DNA from: Leucoraja erinacea
Taxonomy: Eukaryota
Direction: 5' to 3'
Assembly: GCF_028641065.1 (NCBI RefSeq)
Contig: NC_073377.1
Location: 97,278,001 to 97,342,000 of the forward strand
Length of the DNA: 64,000 nt
Positions 37,892 through 51,748 of this stretch are shown in pieces. Position 1 is the stretch's first letter. Each line of letters begins with the position of its first letter. Below the pieces are notes generated by a model that had not been told where the DNA came from, did not search any database, and saw only the letters and a list, made by a program, of their open reading frames with translations. The position numbers and the translations under genes were made by a program.

Positions 37892-38636
37892 ATCCCTGGT
37901 CCAAGCTCCCCCTTCAGCCGGTCAACGCTGCTGGGGCTGACATTGAGGTGGTGCAGACATATAAATACCTTGGAGTGCACCTTGATAACAAACTGGACTG
38001 GTCTGTCAACTCTGACTACCTCTACAAAAAAGGCCAGAGCAGACTCTTTTTCCTCAGAAGGCTCAAACCCTTCAATGTGTGTAATGACATGCTGCACATG
38101 TTTTACAACACTGTGGTTGCAAGTGTTATTTTCTACGCTGTTGGCTGCTGGGGCAACAGCATTAGTGCAAAAAACAACAAGAAGCTGGTCAAACTGGTTA
38201 AACGAGCTAGCTCAGTGCTGGAGGGGATAGTAGACTCTGGGATGGATGTGCTTGAGAGGCGTATGAGGCACAAGGTGCAGTTCATCCTGAAAAACCCGGG
38301 GCATCCCCTCCATGGAATTCTGGAGAGTCAAAAGAGCACTCGGAACAACAACCGGCTCCTCTCCCTGCCCTGTAGAACGGAGCGGTTCAGGAGATCCTTC
38401 ACCCTTGCAGCCATTAGATTTTATAATTCGGACCGCTAGGCTGTAGGGGGATGCATTCTTGCAATTTTTAATTTTTAATTGTTAATTATTGGTCTTTTTA
38501 AGTATTTATTGCTCTCAGGTAGTGTCCAAAGTGTATTCTATGTATTTTCTGTCTGCGTTCGTTTTGAATCTGTGGGTTTTGTTGGTTGGGGGCTTCTGGA
38601 CATCTGAATTTCCCGGAGGGGATCAATAAAGTATTT
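37892..38636 (+). mobile_element. Rex1/Babar LINE 3' fragment
   Basis: YKYLGVHLDNKLDW...QSRLFFLRRL...RFRRSFTLAAIRFYN; 3' end gggatcaataaagta. Confidence 0.9.
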
Positions 38637-38640
38637 ATTA

Positions 38641-38705
<65 letters not shown>
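38635..38705. repeat. (TTA)n microsatellite
   Basis: About 20 units, grown from the Rex1 tail. Confidence 0.95.
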
Positions 38706-39145
38706 TAGGAGAGAACAAGGAAGAAATGTTGCAAAAAGAGAGAAAAGGAGAGAGAGGAGCATTATTCATCTGCTTTCTGTGTGTCTTTGCCTATTCTTTA
38801 TCTTTTTCAATGCAAGTTTTTCTATTCTTGCAATTAACACATACACAAATGTATCACTTAACTCCTTTGATTAGCAGAGGCATCACCACAGTTGCTGTTG
38901 ATCCTTTCACTGAATTATTCCATACAGAAATGCACTACTCTCATGAAGAGCAAACCTTATTTTAAGACCAAATATTTTGAAACACCTTCAATGAATTACC
39001 TCACAAAAATCTTGAAATTCTCAATAAGACGTCAAACTTCACATTGACTACTCAATTTCCATTTTGCACAAACATTAAACTCAAAGAAAGCTTTATTTTC
39101 TGTATATAAAATAAAACAGAACGTTTACCATCAAATCAGCTGATA

Positions 39146-42100
39146 TCCCGTTTCGGTGCTTTTTTTTGGTGTTTTTGTTTGTATGTCTGTTTGACAATGT
39201 TACGTTTTGTCGTGCGAATCTCACCTTCAGCCGACAGGATCTTCTGATTATCAGATTACAGTGTAAACAGGCAGTTAAGTGTGTTTTTCTGCATTCACGC
39301 AACATACCGGAGGAGATAGCCAGGAAACCGGGCTCTCCGTGGATTGTTGTCGGCCCCAGCAAACGCCGGAGACGGAGGAGGCACAGGAAGCAAAAGCGTG
39401 GTCGCCGGTCCGGACTACTCACTAGGCTAAGGCAACAAACACATAAACCACCGCTACCCAGCATCATTCTCACCAACGCCAGATCTATCACCAACAAAAT
39501 GGACGAACTAAGACTACAGGTCGCCGCAAATAAATGAATCGCGGACAGTTGCATTCTGCTAATAACAGAGACGTGGCTACAGGCACTTGTACCGGACGGA
39601 GCCATTGAGCTAGCAGGCCGCCCAGCGTTTTGCTGGGATAGAAACAAAGACTCCGGTAAGAGCAAAGGAGGGAGGTTATGCATCTACTTTCACAACAACT
39701 GGTGCACAAATACCACAATCATAGACAGACACTGTTCTGCTGATTTGGAGTACCTGATAGTTAGATGCAGGCCTTTCTACCTTCCACGTGAGTTTACCAT
39801 GGTCATAGTTAGAGCTGTGTATATCCCACCGGATGCTAATGCTAGCATAGCCCTAGGCTACCTCCATAGCACTATCAGCAAACAAGAGAACACCTACCCC
39901 AAAGCAGCCCATATCATAGCTGGTGATTTCAATCACGCAGACTTAAAATCAGTTCTCCCCAAGTTTGAACAACACACCAAATGTGCAACCAGGGGAGAGA
40001 AGACATTAGACAACTCAAACATCAAGAAGGGGTTTACAGCCACACCACTACCACACTTAGGCCAGTCGGATCACCTATCCATTCACTTAGCACCAGCATA
40101 CACCCCCCTCAGGAGAAAAGCTCAACCCACCACAAGGACTGTTAAAACCTGGCGTGAAGGAGCTTCCTCACAGCTACAGGACTGCTTTGAAAGGACAAAC
40201 TGGGACATTTTTGGAAATCAGGACGGAGGAGTACACATCCACGGTACTCTTTTACATCCAGAACTGTGTTGACAACGTCACCACCGACAAACTCATCCGG
40301 GTGTATTCCCAACCAGAAGCCGTGGATGACAAAAGAGGTCCAAACTCTCCTCAAGGACCGCAACACCGCCTTCAGGTCTGGCGACAGAGCCCTGTACAGC
40401 GCTGCTAGAGCCAACCTGAAGAAAGGCATCAGGGATGCCAAAGCGGCCCACAAGAGGAAGATAGAGGACCACTTTAACAACAACGATCCACGGCGGGTGT
40501 GGCAGGGCATCCAGCACATCACCAACTACAAGCCCAGCAACAGCACGATGGCCGACGGCGATGCCTCACTGGCAGAGTAGCTGAACTGCTTCTTTGCTCG
40601 CTTCGAGACAGAACCAGAAGAGCTCGTCACCATTCTCCCACCAGCCCCTAACAACAACAACTACACCCTCACTGTGCAGGAGCATGAAGTGAGGTGGGTG
40701 CTCAGGGCAGTGAACCCGAGGAAGGCTGCCGGCCCAGATGGCGTGACAGGAAGGATTCTGAAGGAATGTGCAGACCAGCTCTCCGAGCTCTTCACGAAAA
40801 TCTTCAACCTGTCCCTGTCCAAATCCATCATCCCACCATGCCTGAAGTCTGCCACAATCATCCCACTACCAAAAAAGCCTGTTATCAGCGGCCTTAACGA
40901 CTACCGACCGGTAGCTCTCACACCAGTCATCATGAAGTGTTTCGAGAGGCTGGTCCAGCAACACATCAAAGCCAGCCTCCCGCCCACCTTCGATCCACAC
41001 CAGTTTGCCTATAGAGCAAATAGGTCCACTGAGGATGCCATCGCCACTGCTCTTCACACTGCACTGACCCACCTCGAACACCAGGGGAGCTATGTGAGGA
41101 TGCTTTTCATTTACTTTAGCTCCGCCTTCAATACCATCATCCCCAGCAGACTAGTCACCAAACTCATGGATTTAGGACTCTCCCAACCCATCTGCCTCTG
41201 GATCAAGGACTTTCTGTCTAACCGCCCCCAGACCGTCAGATTAGGCCATCACCTCTCCACCCCCATCACATTCAGCACTGGCTCCCCACAGGCCTGTGTG
41301 TTGAGCCCCCTCCTCTACGCCCTCTACACCCACGATTGTGCCCCTGCCCACTCCACCAACACCATTGTCAAGTTTGCGGACGACACGACTGTGGTTGGAC
41401 GCATCTCAGGAGGAGATGAGACAGCCTACAGGGAGGAAGTCCAAAGACTGGCAGCGTGGTGTTCAGACAACAACCTCATCGTAAACACCATAAACACACA
41501 GGAAATTATCATAAACTTCCGTAAGAACAGTGCAGCCCTCAAACCCCTATTCATCAATGGGGACTGTGTGGAAAGGGTCTCAGAATTCAGATTCCTGGGC
41601 ACACAAATTACGGAGGATCTCTCCTGGACTACAAACACCACCACAGCAGTCAAGAAGGCCCAGCAGCGACTCTACTTTCTGAGGATCCTCACGAAAAACA
41701 ACCTGGAGGAGAAGCTGCTGGTGTCCTTCTACTGCTGCTCCATCGAGAGTGTGCTGGCGTACTGTATAACCACATGGTATGCCAGCTGCTCTGCAGCGGA
41801 CAGGAGAGCCCTTCAAAGGGTCATCAACACCGCACAAAAAATCACTGGCTGCCCACTGCCTTCCCTGAAGGACATCTTCAGCTCTCGCTGCCTTTGCAGG
41901 ACAGCCAACATCCTGAAGGACCCTTCCCACACTGGACACAACCTGTTCCACTTGCTGCCCTCTGGCAGACGGTACAGGTCTTTCAAAACTCGCACAAACA
42001 GACTTAGAGACAGCTTCTACCCCATAGCCATACGTGAACCTAACAATGCAAAATAAGAAATAACACTCACATTCAACTGAATGGTTCTACCTCAGCTGCT

Positions 42101-42250
42101 ATTGTTAGTTATCTGTAATTTTTTTTTATATGTATATATTTTTACCTTTTCTTATATTTTTAAAATTGCTCTTGTGAATCGCACCGTGGGATTGACTTTT
42201 AAGTTTCGTTGTACCATGTGCAATGACAATAAAGAGATTCATTCATTCAT
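39146..42250 (+). mobile_element. Near full-length Rex1/Babar LINE (APE + RT), lightly disrupted
   Basis: Basic leader RRRRRRHRKQKRGRRSG; APE motifs (ITETWL, IAGDFN, SDH); RT motifs KAAGPDG, DYRPVAL, PQACVLSP, KFADD. 460-aa RT ORF at 40674-42056; stops at 39535 and 40578 plus frameshifts. Tail caataaagag(attc)n. Confidence 0.95.
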
Positions 42251-43683
42251 TGTTTAATGGATTTCACAATACGGATGTCATAAAACAATCTAAAAACTGA
42301 GAATGGCAGAAATTTGAAATTGTAACATGAAATGCTGAAACCACTCAGCAGGTTGGAATCTGTGGGAAAAAAACATTTCAGTTCAAAACACTTTGTTGGG
42401 ACTCAGAAAGAGAGAAAATAAGTTTTAAGTTGCAGAGGATAGGGTAAGAGATGGATTCAAGAAAAGGAATCTCCCTGGTCAGGTGTCACTGGAGTTACCT
42501 TGGTGATGAGCTGTTGATGATGCCATCTGGTTGATAAGTTAATAAGTTACTTTAATATTCTTTTGCACAACTTGGACTTTGCAGTACACTCCTGCACCAT
42601 TGTTTACATTTAGTAATTATATTTATTGTTGCTTTTAATCATTACTCTATGTCTGCACTTTAGGAGCTTAATGTGATCAGGGAATTTCATTGCATCCCAG
42701 TGTATATGACAATAAAATAAAATGAATTTAAATCTAATGCAGAAAGTTAGAGAGAGAAGAAAAACATAGAAACACGGTGGGGGGAGGGGGTTTTGGTGAA
42801 GGTGATGACTGTTTAATACGTGGTGATGGTTGATATTGGATCAGACTGATCCTGGTGGAGGTAAAAGTGGTAGTTGAGCGGAAAAACCACGTGAACTATA
42901 AATAGTTAAGAATGGAACTGGTGTTAAAGTGTCACAATCTGGAATTTCCGGAGAAGGGCTTTATAATTAAAGCAATCCCTCACTATATTTCTTCATTTTT
43001 TATGAGGTTACCAGCAGCATAAAATAATTTAAACCATCCAAAATGATTGTAGAGCTAGAACCATATCAATTTAGCAAAAGTATCTCAAAAAACTATATTG
43101 ACATTCTGACATTATGTCAAAAGAAATTTGTAAAGGACTTTTTCCAAAGCAGCAAACCATTATTTAAAATACAGGTAATTTTTAAAGTCATCTGTTCATT
43201 GTTAATGAACATTAGCAGATGCCAACATGTAAAAAATTCAAAGTAGCTGTAAGGAAATACAAATGTCCATATTTATATTGGTCAACAGGGTATTAATAAG
43301 TGGATCAAAATTATAGACTGTTTTGTTTTTCCTTGTATCCACATTGGAATTAAAACCATTCACACAAAATCACTGGCAAATAGTTAGTAATTCCAGTGAC
43401 ATAGTTGGGTAGGACCGTGTTACAAAAGAGCAGTTCTGATCCATTCAGTTGTTGTTAGAATTAAACTTATCTGCCTCATTACAAAGATCAGTATCAACCA
43501 TATACTTCTTTATACTTACAGCGTAATTACATGTTGACACCCTTTGCATTATTGCACAGAAAATAATCAGTTATACCATTGTGTCTAAGTTAAGTTGGTT
43601 TCAAGTAAAATATATGCAACACAACTGGAAGGTATAGTATAATTGTGACATTACAAAACTAAGGTAGATGCAGTGGTGTAGCA

Positions 43684-44490
43684 GGGTGGCATGGTGGTGC
43701 AGCTTGAAGAGCTGATGCCTCATAGAAACATAGAAACATAGAAATTAGGTGCAGGAGTAGGCCATTCGGCCCTTCGAGCCTGCACCGCCATTTAATATGA
43801 TCATGGCTGATCATCCAACTCAGTATCCCGTACCTGCCTTCTCTCCATACCCTCTGATCCCCTTGGCCACAAGGGCCACATCTAATCCTCTTAAATATAG
43901 CCAATGAACTGGCCTCAACTACCCTCTGTGGCAGAAAGTTCCAGAGATTCACCACTCTCTGTGTGAAAAAAGTTCTCCTCATCTCGGTTTTAAAGGATTC
44001 CCCCCTTATCCTTAAGCTGTGACCCCTTGTCCTGGACTTCCCCAACATCGGGAACAATCTTCCTGCATCTAGCCTGTCCAACCCCTTAAGAATTTTGTAA
44101 GTTTCTATAAGATCCCCTCTCAATCTCCTAAATTCTAGAGAGTATAAACCAAGTCTATCCAGTCTTTCTTCATAAGACAGTCCTGACATCCCAGGAATCA
44201 GTCTGGTGAACCTCATAGTGCAAGAGACCCGGGTTTGGTCCTGACCTGAGGCGTTGTCTGTGTGGAGTTTTCACGTTCTCCCTGCGACCGTGTGGGTTTT
44301 CTTATGGTTTTCTGGTTTCCTCCCACATCCCAAAGACGTGGGAGGAAATTTGTCTCGGTAAAGTGCCCGTAAAATGCAGGGAGTGGATGCAAAAGCAGGA
44401 TAACATAGAACTAGTGTGAATGGGTAAATGATGGTCAGCATGGATTCAGTGGGCCGAAGGGCCTGTTTCCATGCTGTCTCTCTAAACTAA
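43684..44490 (+). mobile_element. V-SINE interrupted by a CR1 insertion
   Basis: SINE head 43684-43725 continues at 44211 (gagacccgggtttggtcctgacc...ggtttcctcccacatcccaaagac). Confidence 0.8.
43726..44210 (-). mobile_element. CR1 LINE 3' fragment (young)
   Basis: [41 protein letters not shown]; (catagaaa)n tail; cctcatag repeated at both junctions. Confidence 0.92.
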
Positions 44491-46139
44491 ACAATGTTTC
44501 ACCAAGAAAAATACAGGATAAAATACAAATGCACCACTGCTCGATAATTTTGGTGTTGCTGACTGAAGGGACAGATGCATGGGACACAGTAACAATGAAT
44601 ATTAGCTGAGTACCCATTATGAACAGGCCGATGCTGCTTAAATGGCTCAAACGGGATTCATGGTCAAGGAGAAGTTGACATGAGGAATCAGCATTGTTGG
44701 TGTCTGGTGCGAAGTTGGTAGAGGCCGCTGGAACATTGCTTCCCTCACCGAAGGTTTTATAGTTAATTAAGGAATTAAAATGAAGAATAGATGCAAACAG
44801 GAATCAACAGATTCAACAGATAATTTCCTGAAATGTCAGGTCTGTGATTTGAAATAAATGAAAATCAAATTAAACTGCAGATGCTGAGTCAGGAATAAAC
44901 ATTGAAAATGCTGGGAATATTTAATGGGTCAAGCAGCATTTGTGGAGAGAGGTTGTTGAAGAGTCCTAGACCTGAAACTTTAACTGTTTCTCTATTCATT
45001 GATGGATGCTGCTTGGTTTGCAGAGTGTTTGCAACTTTTTATGCCTATTTATTTGAATAGGCTAAGCTACTAATCTCTCATTTAGAAGAATGAGCGATAA
45101 TATAATTGAAATATACAGAATCCTTAACACAACACGGCAGACTCTATGTGGGAAGGATGTTCCATCCGCCAGTAGAGTCAAGAACTAGGGATACAGTCTT
45201 CAAATAAGGTGGAGGGCATTTAAGACTAAAATAAGGAGATATTTCTTCCTTTAAATAATGGTCAATCTTTGCCAATTTTATGTCACATGTATGTCAAGGG
45301 CCTGTTTGTTTCTTTATCCTTTAAGTCTACCTAGACTTTCTATTTCACGTACACCAAAGTCTCCACAATGATGATGGAAATTACTTCTGCCTCCATTGAA
45401 AATGTGTGAATATTCTAAAACATTTCTCTTCAGCTTCAACTTCATTGGTATATTTTGTTCTCACATTCTACTATTCCCTTTGCTAGATTCTTTCACATCT
45501 GCAGTTAATGCTTTCTCCTGGTCTATTATTGTCCCTGACTGCACTTATAACACTTTTCCACAAGTTCCTCCTTTTAACTCCACACCTTCATAACAAGGAA
45601 AACAAAACCAACATGACTAGCAGCCTTCACTGCCTTGTTGCAAACTCAACTATGATTACTGCCAGTCTTAATATTGTTTATTTCTGCACTGATCTGTCAA
45701 ATTACACTTTGGGCAAAATAAAGTAGACCATGGCCATTGGTTCTGAAGAACACCATCAGCATTCAGCAAGCCCCAGGTGAGCAAGCACCAGGCTCAAAGT
45801 TCAAGTGACAGGTGCTAACACATTGAGTTCAACAATGTCATGAACCATCAATCTCCAGCCCACACCCCCCCAGCCCAGCCATAAACATGGAGGCCACATT
45901 GATTCCAATGAGAATTGCCAGACCTGCAGATTGGATGGGTATAGGTTTGTTCAGATCTTATTATTGACAGCTATAGCAGATGGCAAACCTCCGCTCTAGA
46001 CTGTGTAGTATATTTATTCTGGGAACAGGGTCTCAGCAGTACACATCTAAAGCCAATGATGTGCACAGGCTTCACGAGACACCCATAGGGGATGGATAAA
46101 ACAAGTTCGGGAACCAGGGATATCAGCTTATTTATAATA

Positions 46140-46266
46140 AAAAGGAACTGAAGATGCTTGTTTATATCTAGGATGGACACAAAATGCTGGAGTAACTCAG
46201 TGGGTCAAGCAGCATCCTTGGAGAAAATGGATAGGTGATGTTTCGGGTCAGGTCCCTTCCTCAGCC
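46140..46266 (-). mobile_element. Penelope pseudo-LTR with hammerhead motif
   Basis: Reverse complement CTGAGGAAGGGACCTGACCCGAAACATC. Confidence 0.7.
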
Positions 46267-47524
46267 TACTTATGTTGGGAAGACAATGGTGAGACCCAGC
46301 AAATACATGGCCAAGAAAGATGAGGCTCGTTATCTATTACCAACAATAATTGCTTCTAGCACAACACTACACATCTCTGTCTGTAACACAGCTATGCATG
46401 GATGAAAGATTGCAACCTGCATATTAAAGAATCCCCTAGACCTCTCATAATTCATCCTCTGCACATTGCAAGAGTGTGAATAACTCTTAACTACATAATC
46501 CAACAAACTCTCCAGTTAATCCTTAGCGCTTTGATTAAACTGGAAGAGGATGACACTGTACAGATTACCTGACATCAACTTTAACATGCACATAGAATAA
46601 TATCTCAGAGATGTTGTGTCAGTCTTCTCCGTCTGAATTCCTGGGTGATCCTGCTCCATGTAAGGGGACCGGCAATGCAGCAGGTGACACAATGATATAT
46701 AGGCAGCATGCAGTAACCCCTAGGCAACCTCAGTATTGACTTCAGACCCTATAAATGTTTTCATGACATCAAGTCAAACATGGCCAAGGGGATCTCTCCC
46801 GGAAAACCAACTATCCTCCTCCCTTGGATGGTGAATGTGTGCACTTTCATGTTGAGCAACATTTGCAAGAAGCACTAAAAGTAGCAGATGCACAGAATTT
46901 ACTCCGGGTGGGAGAACTGCCATGCCTATCACCAAAGATACCTTGATAAAACCATGGTTGACTGAACTGCTTTAGTCCTGAAGACTGAAACTGCCAGAAT
47001 GCAGATGAGAGAAATAACATAAACAGCAATAGAGACACAAGGAACTGGAGACGCTGGAATCTTAAGCAAAATACAAAGTGCCTGAGCAACTCAGTGGGTC
47101 AGGCAACTTCTGTGGAGGAAATGAACGTGACACTTTGAGTCAGAACCTTTCCTCATGAAGGGCAAAACTGACTGATTGGCTGTGCACCAGCGAATAAATG
47201 GATTAATGGCACCCTTTCATTTCTCTGCCACTGGTTATTGTAACATTGGCTGTAACCTTGAAAGTAATTCTAAGCTACTTTCCCAATATATAAATTTCAC
47301 CCTTCAAGCAAAAATCAATCAAGCCTCAAGATATCTTTTGGGTATTCATCCTTCTTTCTGATTTGTTATCTGATATTATAATGTCTATTTGACAAGTTCC
47401 TTGGAACATTTTTGATATACTAAAAACATTAAATGGTGCTAGCTCTTTTCTTCCCTTACAATTTGTTTTTTTTAGTTCATTTAGCATCACATTATTCTCA
47501 ATGTACTCAAATCTCTACACATGA

Positions 47525-48430
47525 ATACAAGTTCGCTGACCACACCACTGTTGTGGGACGTATCACTGGTGGAGATGAGTCAGAGTATAGAAGTGAGATC
47601 GACCGTTTGACTAAATGGTGCCAGCACAATAACCTGGCTCTCAACACCAGCAAAACCAAGGAACTGATTGTGGACTTTGGAAGGGGTAGGATGGGGACCC
47701 ATAGTCCTGTTTATATCGATGGTGTAGAGGGTCAAGAACTTCAAATTCCTGGGCGTGCAAATCTCTGAAGATCTCTCCTGGTCCGAGAACACTGATGCAA
47801 TTATAAAGAAAGCTCATCAGCGCCTCTACTTCCTGGGAAGATTACGGAGAGTCGGTATGACAAGGAGGACTCTCTCGATCTTCTACAGGTGCACAGTAGA
47901 GAGCATGCTGACCGGTTGCATCGTGGCTTGGTTCGACAACTTGAGCGCCCAGGAGCGGAAAAGACTGCAAAAAGTGGTAAACACTGCCCAGTCCATCATC
48001 GGCTCTGACCTCCCTACCATCGAGGGGATCTATCGCAGTCGCTGCCTCAAAAAGGCTGCCAGCATCATCAAAGACCCACACCATCCTTGCCACACACTCA
48101 TCTCCCTGCTGCCTTCAGGTAGAAGGTACAGGAGCCTGAAATCTGCAACATCCAGGTTCTGGAATGGCTGCTTCCCCACAGCCATCAGGCTATTAAGCTC
48201 AACTCATACAAAACTCTGATCTTTAATAGCCCATTACATTTTATCTGTTTATTTATGTGTGTGTATATATATATATATTCATTGGCATATGGTCACATTG
48301 ATCTGTTCTGCTATATATTTATTTATGCCTACTATATTCTGCTGTGCTGAAGCAAAGCAAGAATTTCATTGTCCTATCTGGGACACATGACAATAAACAC
48401 TCTTGAATTTCTTGAATCTTGAATCTTGAA
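47525..48430 (+). mobile_element. Rex1/Babar LINE 3' fragment
   Basis: KFADHTTVVG...KKAHQRLYFLGRL...LPSGRRYRSLK; tail (tcttgaa)n. Confidence 0.9.
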
Positions 48431-49364
48431 TGACATATTGATCCTTTGCTGACATGTATGGAAGTATTTCCCTCAGGCCCCATCAGTATTCAAGCTGCTA
48501 ACCCAAAAATTCCCCTTCAGTCTGGTTATGTTTTTGAAAGTTTGTGACTCAGTTCCTGGTTATGGTATTTCTGAAGCTCATTGTATGTTTAATTTGTGCA
48601 TCCTGTGGTTATTATCCACCAAAGAAGCCATGACTTTTATTTCCTGCCTAGTTGCAGAGTCACTGAGTATTACTAAGAATAGTCTGCCTCTCTGTCAGAC
48701 TGTGTCACGAAGCAGTCATCTATTATTAGGTTAACTAACTTGGACTTTCAACCAAGTAAACACTCAGATTATATTATGTTGGTTAAAATTAAAATAAACG
48801 TTAATATTTACAGTTATCCTTTTTATCAGACTATATCGGGCCTGCTGACTCATAGCAGTTATTATCTTTTTGACAATTAAATACTGAAAGCAGAGTAGCT
48901 TATTTTGTAACTCATTCCCTCAAACAAAATCATCTTAATTTCCTCCCAGCTGTTCCCAACATACAAAATGCATAGACATGTTTCCTATCTATTTACCTTT
49001 CCTTCACCTAGGCCATAAATTTGAATTCATCACCAACCAAGCTTGAGATTCTTAATGTTACAAGTTGTTTCTAAATTTATATGTTATTTAACCTTCCTTA
49101 ATACTTCTCATTATTATAATCTGCCAGACCCTTAGAACTAATATCAATGGCTGCTCGGTCCTATCACACTTTAACTAAATACACATCTTTCTGTACCTCA
49201 CCTGAGAAGGTTAAAACACCTTCTTTCTATGTCAAGTTGTCATGTCTGCTAATCTCCGCCTTTTGTGTTCGCACCAAAATATGTCTTTTTGTCTCTCCCA
49301 ACACTCTTGGAGATGGATCCTTTGATGCTGGGGGTGGGAGCCTTTGGCTGAAGTCTGCACAAAG

Positions 49365-49897
49365 GCATCTTTAACAACTTAACAGGATAGTGAAAGCAGC
49401 CAGTAGGATCATTGGTGCTCCACTCCCTCTCCTGTTGGAGATCTATCAGAAGCGCAGCATCCACAGAGCCATCTCCATTATTAAGGACCCCTATCACCCA
49501 TCACACCACATCTTCTCCATTCTGCCATCTGGGAAGAGGTACAGGAGCATCAGCTGCAAAACCAGCAGGATGCTCCACAGCTTCTTCCCACAGGCAATAA
49601 AACTAGTTAACGGACTGTGTCCCCTCCCCATACATCATACACCAACACACCTAACCTCGCCCACCTTTGACAGCTAGACACCTGTCAAAGCAAAGCCACT
49701 GTCCGGTCTGAATGTCTGTTTTTAGTTCAATTTTAAAGTCTATTTTAGATAAGTTAATTTTAATGCTGTGTATTTATTCTGTTTTATTAACTGCACTGAC
49801 AGGAACTGATTGAGAAACTATTTTTAGTTTCCTCTGAGTATGTAAGTGCTCAGTGAAAATTACATTAAAGTAAATACTGAATACTGAATACTGAACA
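49365..49897 (+). mobile_element. Rex1-like LINE 3' fragment
   Basis: IIKDPYHPSHHIFSILPSGKRYRSI...SFFPQAIKLVN; tail (tactgaa)n. Confidence 0.85.
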
Positions 49898-50457
49898 TAG
49901 TGGCTGGTCCTTGTATATTTAACAGCTGCATCTCTATGCTTGTCGGTTTGGCTACCTTCCACTTTCTAACCATTCCTTCCCCAGGAGTTTCTTCCCACGG
50001 CCTGTCCAGTTTGGGTGATTCTTGATATATGTTTCTAATGTTCTTCTAAATTTCTTGTTGTAGCTTAGTCTGGATGGAGTTCAATTCCACATTTTGCCCA
50101 AAAACTGTACCCTTTATGTACAAAGGGATATTTCCACACTCAGTTGCCGATCAGTTACTTTCCATTTTCACTCAAAGTGCCAAAGGACATTATCCTGCTT
50201 TTTTAATCTTTGGGCTGTGAGGCAACGTTTGCATGTGGGACATTTTTTACCTGTATACTGTTTCTTCTTTACTCTTTACTCCTTCAAGTCTCCCTATTCT
50301 GACTTTATTCCACCGGCCGATGAAAGATCCCGTGAATGGGCCGATTCAAGCCCTACTATTCAGGGCGGACAAAGCTGCTGATGCTGGAGTTCGGAGTCGG
50401 TCACCAACCAGGTCAGCTCCCAATGTTACCGTCTACAGGGCCCACGGCCGATGCCTC

Positions 50458-50461
<4 letters not shown>

Positions 50462-50492
<31 letters not shown>
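50462..50492. repeat. (TG)n microsatellite
   Basis: About 15 TG units followed by CG units. Confidence 0.95.
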
Positions 50493-50500
<8 letters not shown>

Positions 50501-51560
50501 CGGCCGCCAATAAATTGTTTCCCCCGCATGTTTTGATAGAGATTTCCGCGCCTGCTTTGTAGCTTTAAATCATATCAACATTTCATTTTACCAAAAATGG
50601 GCTCAGGATTCCTCAATAAAAATTGCCCATTAACTCAAATTTTCCATGTGATGCTTGGTCTTTGCCATTGTTCCTTCACCTTCTGTTTTTTGCCTCTATT
50701 GCCCACACCAACTTTTCGTCCAATGACAAATTTTATCTTACATTATTGCACAATCAGGTATTTGTCTATTGGTAGGATCTAGTGATTAACACGATCCTTT
50801 ACTTTCTTTTTAAGTTAGTACTCACTTACCCGATTCAATATTTTCATTTCCTTGTTTTTCCTCTGTACCTGTCCCTTTTCTATTGTCTACTTGGTTGCAA
50901 TGACCTCTAGCTCGAGTTCACTCTACCTTTCGCTCAAATTCAGTGAACGACACACCTAAAATTTCCACTGTTCCCAAAGGGGAGCTAGAATGTCAGAAAG
51001 GTGGTAGATGACAATTGTTTTGGCCCCTGTCCCAGCACAATAAAATGCATTTGTATCTGAAACCCCCAGGGAGAGCAACTTTGGATCAGCTACACACTGG
51101 CCTTGGTCGTGGTTCAGAGGCACAGTGGTACCTTTGTCTAGTGAAGGGTGGGCCAGTTGGTACAGAAAGGAGATATTGTGGGGGAAGGGGAGAAGGGGAG
51201 GGGGGGGGGGGGGGGGGGAATAGAAAACAAAGAAGGAAGTGGAAAGAAAAAAAAAACAGATGTTTCGGGCGTTGTGCATAAGGAAGGTATGAGGAGGATA
51301 ATTGAAAGTGGAACTGAAGCCAGGAAGATGTACAGTGCAATAGATAATGTTGACATTTTGAGGAAACTCAGGGGAGAATGTACTGTAGATTGGCCAGCAT
51401 GTTCGGTCAAGCAGATCAGGAAGTCGAGATGCACACTAGGGGAAGGAGTTGACAGCTAAGGGCCGAAAATTGGAAGGCTGGAGGCTTAAACTACAGATCA
51501 GAGGTTCATGGGATGGGCTGGAGACAGAGAAGGATGATGTGAGGCTATTTGTTTGTTACC

Positions 51561-51748
51561 AGGGTGGGCCTGGGGGGAGTGGGGCAGAGGGGGGAGAGGG
51601 GGGGGCGCAGGGGAGGAGGGGGAGGGTGGGCATGGGGGGAGTGGGGCAGAGGAGGGGGGGCGCAGGGGAGGAGGGTGGGCCTGGGGGGAGGCGCAGGGGA
51701 GGAGGGCGGAGGGTAGTGGTGGGGGGAGTGGGGCAGAGGGGGGTGGGT
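51561..51748. repeat. G-rich imperfect tandem repeat
   Basis: ggggggagtggggcagag occurs three times, gggtgggcctggggg twice and gcgcagggg three times. Confidence 0.85.
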
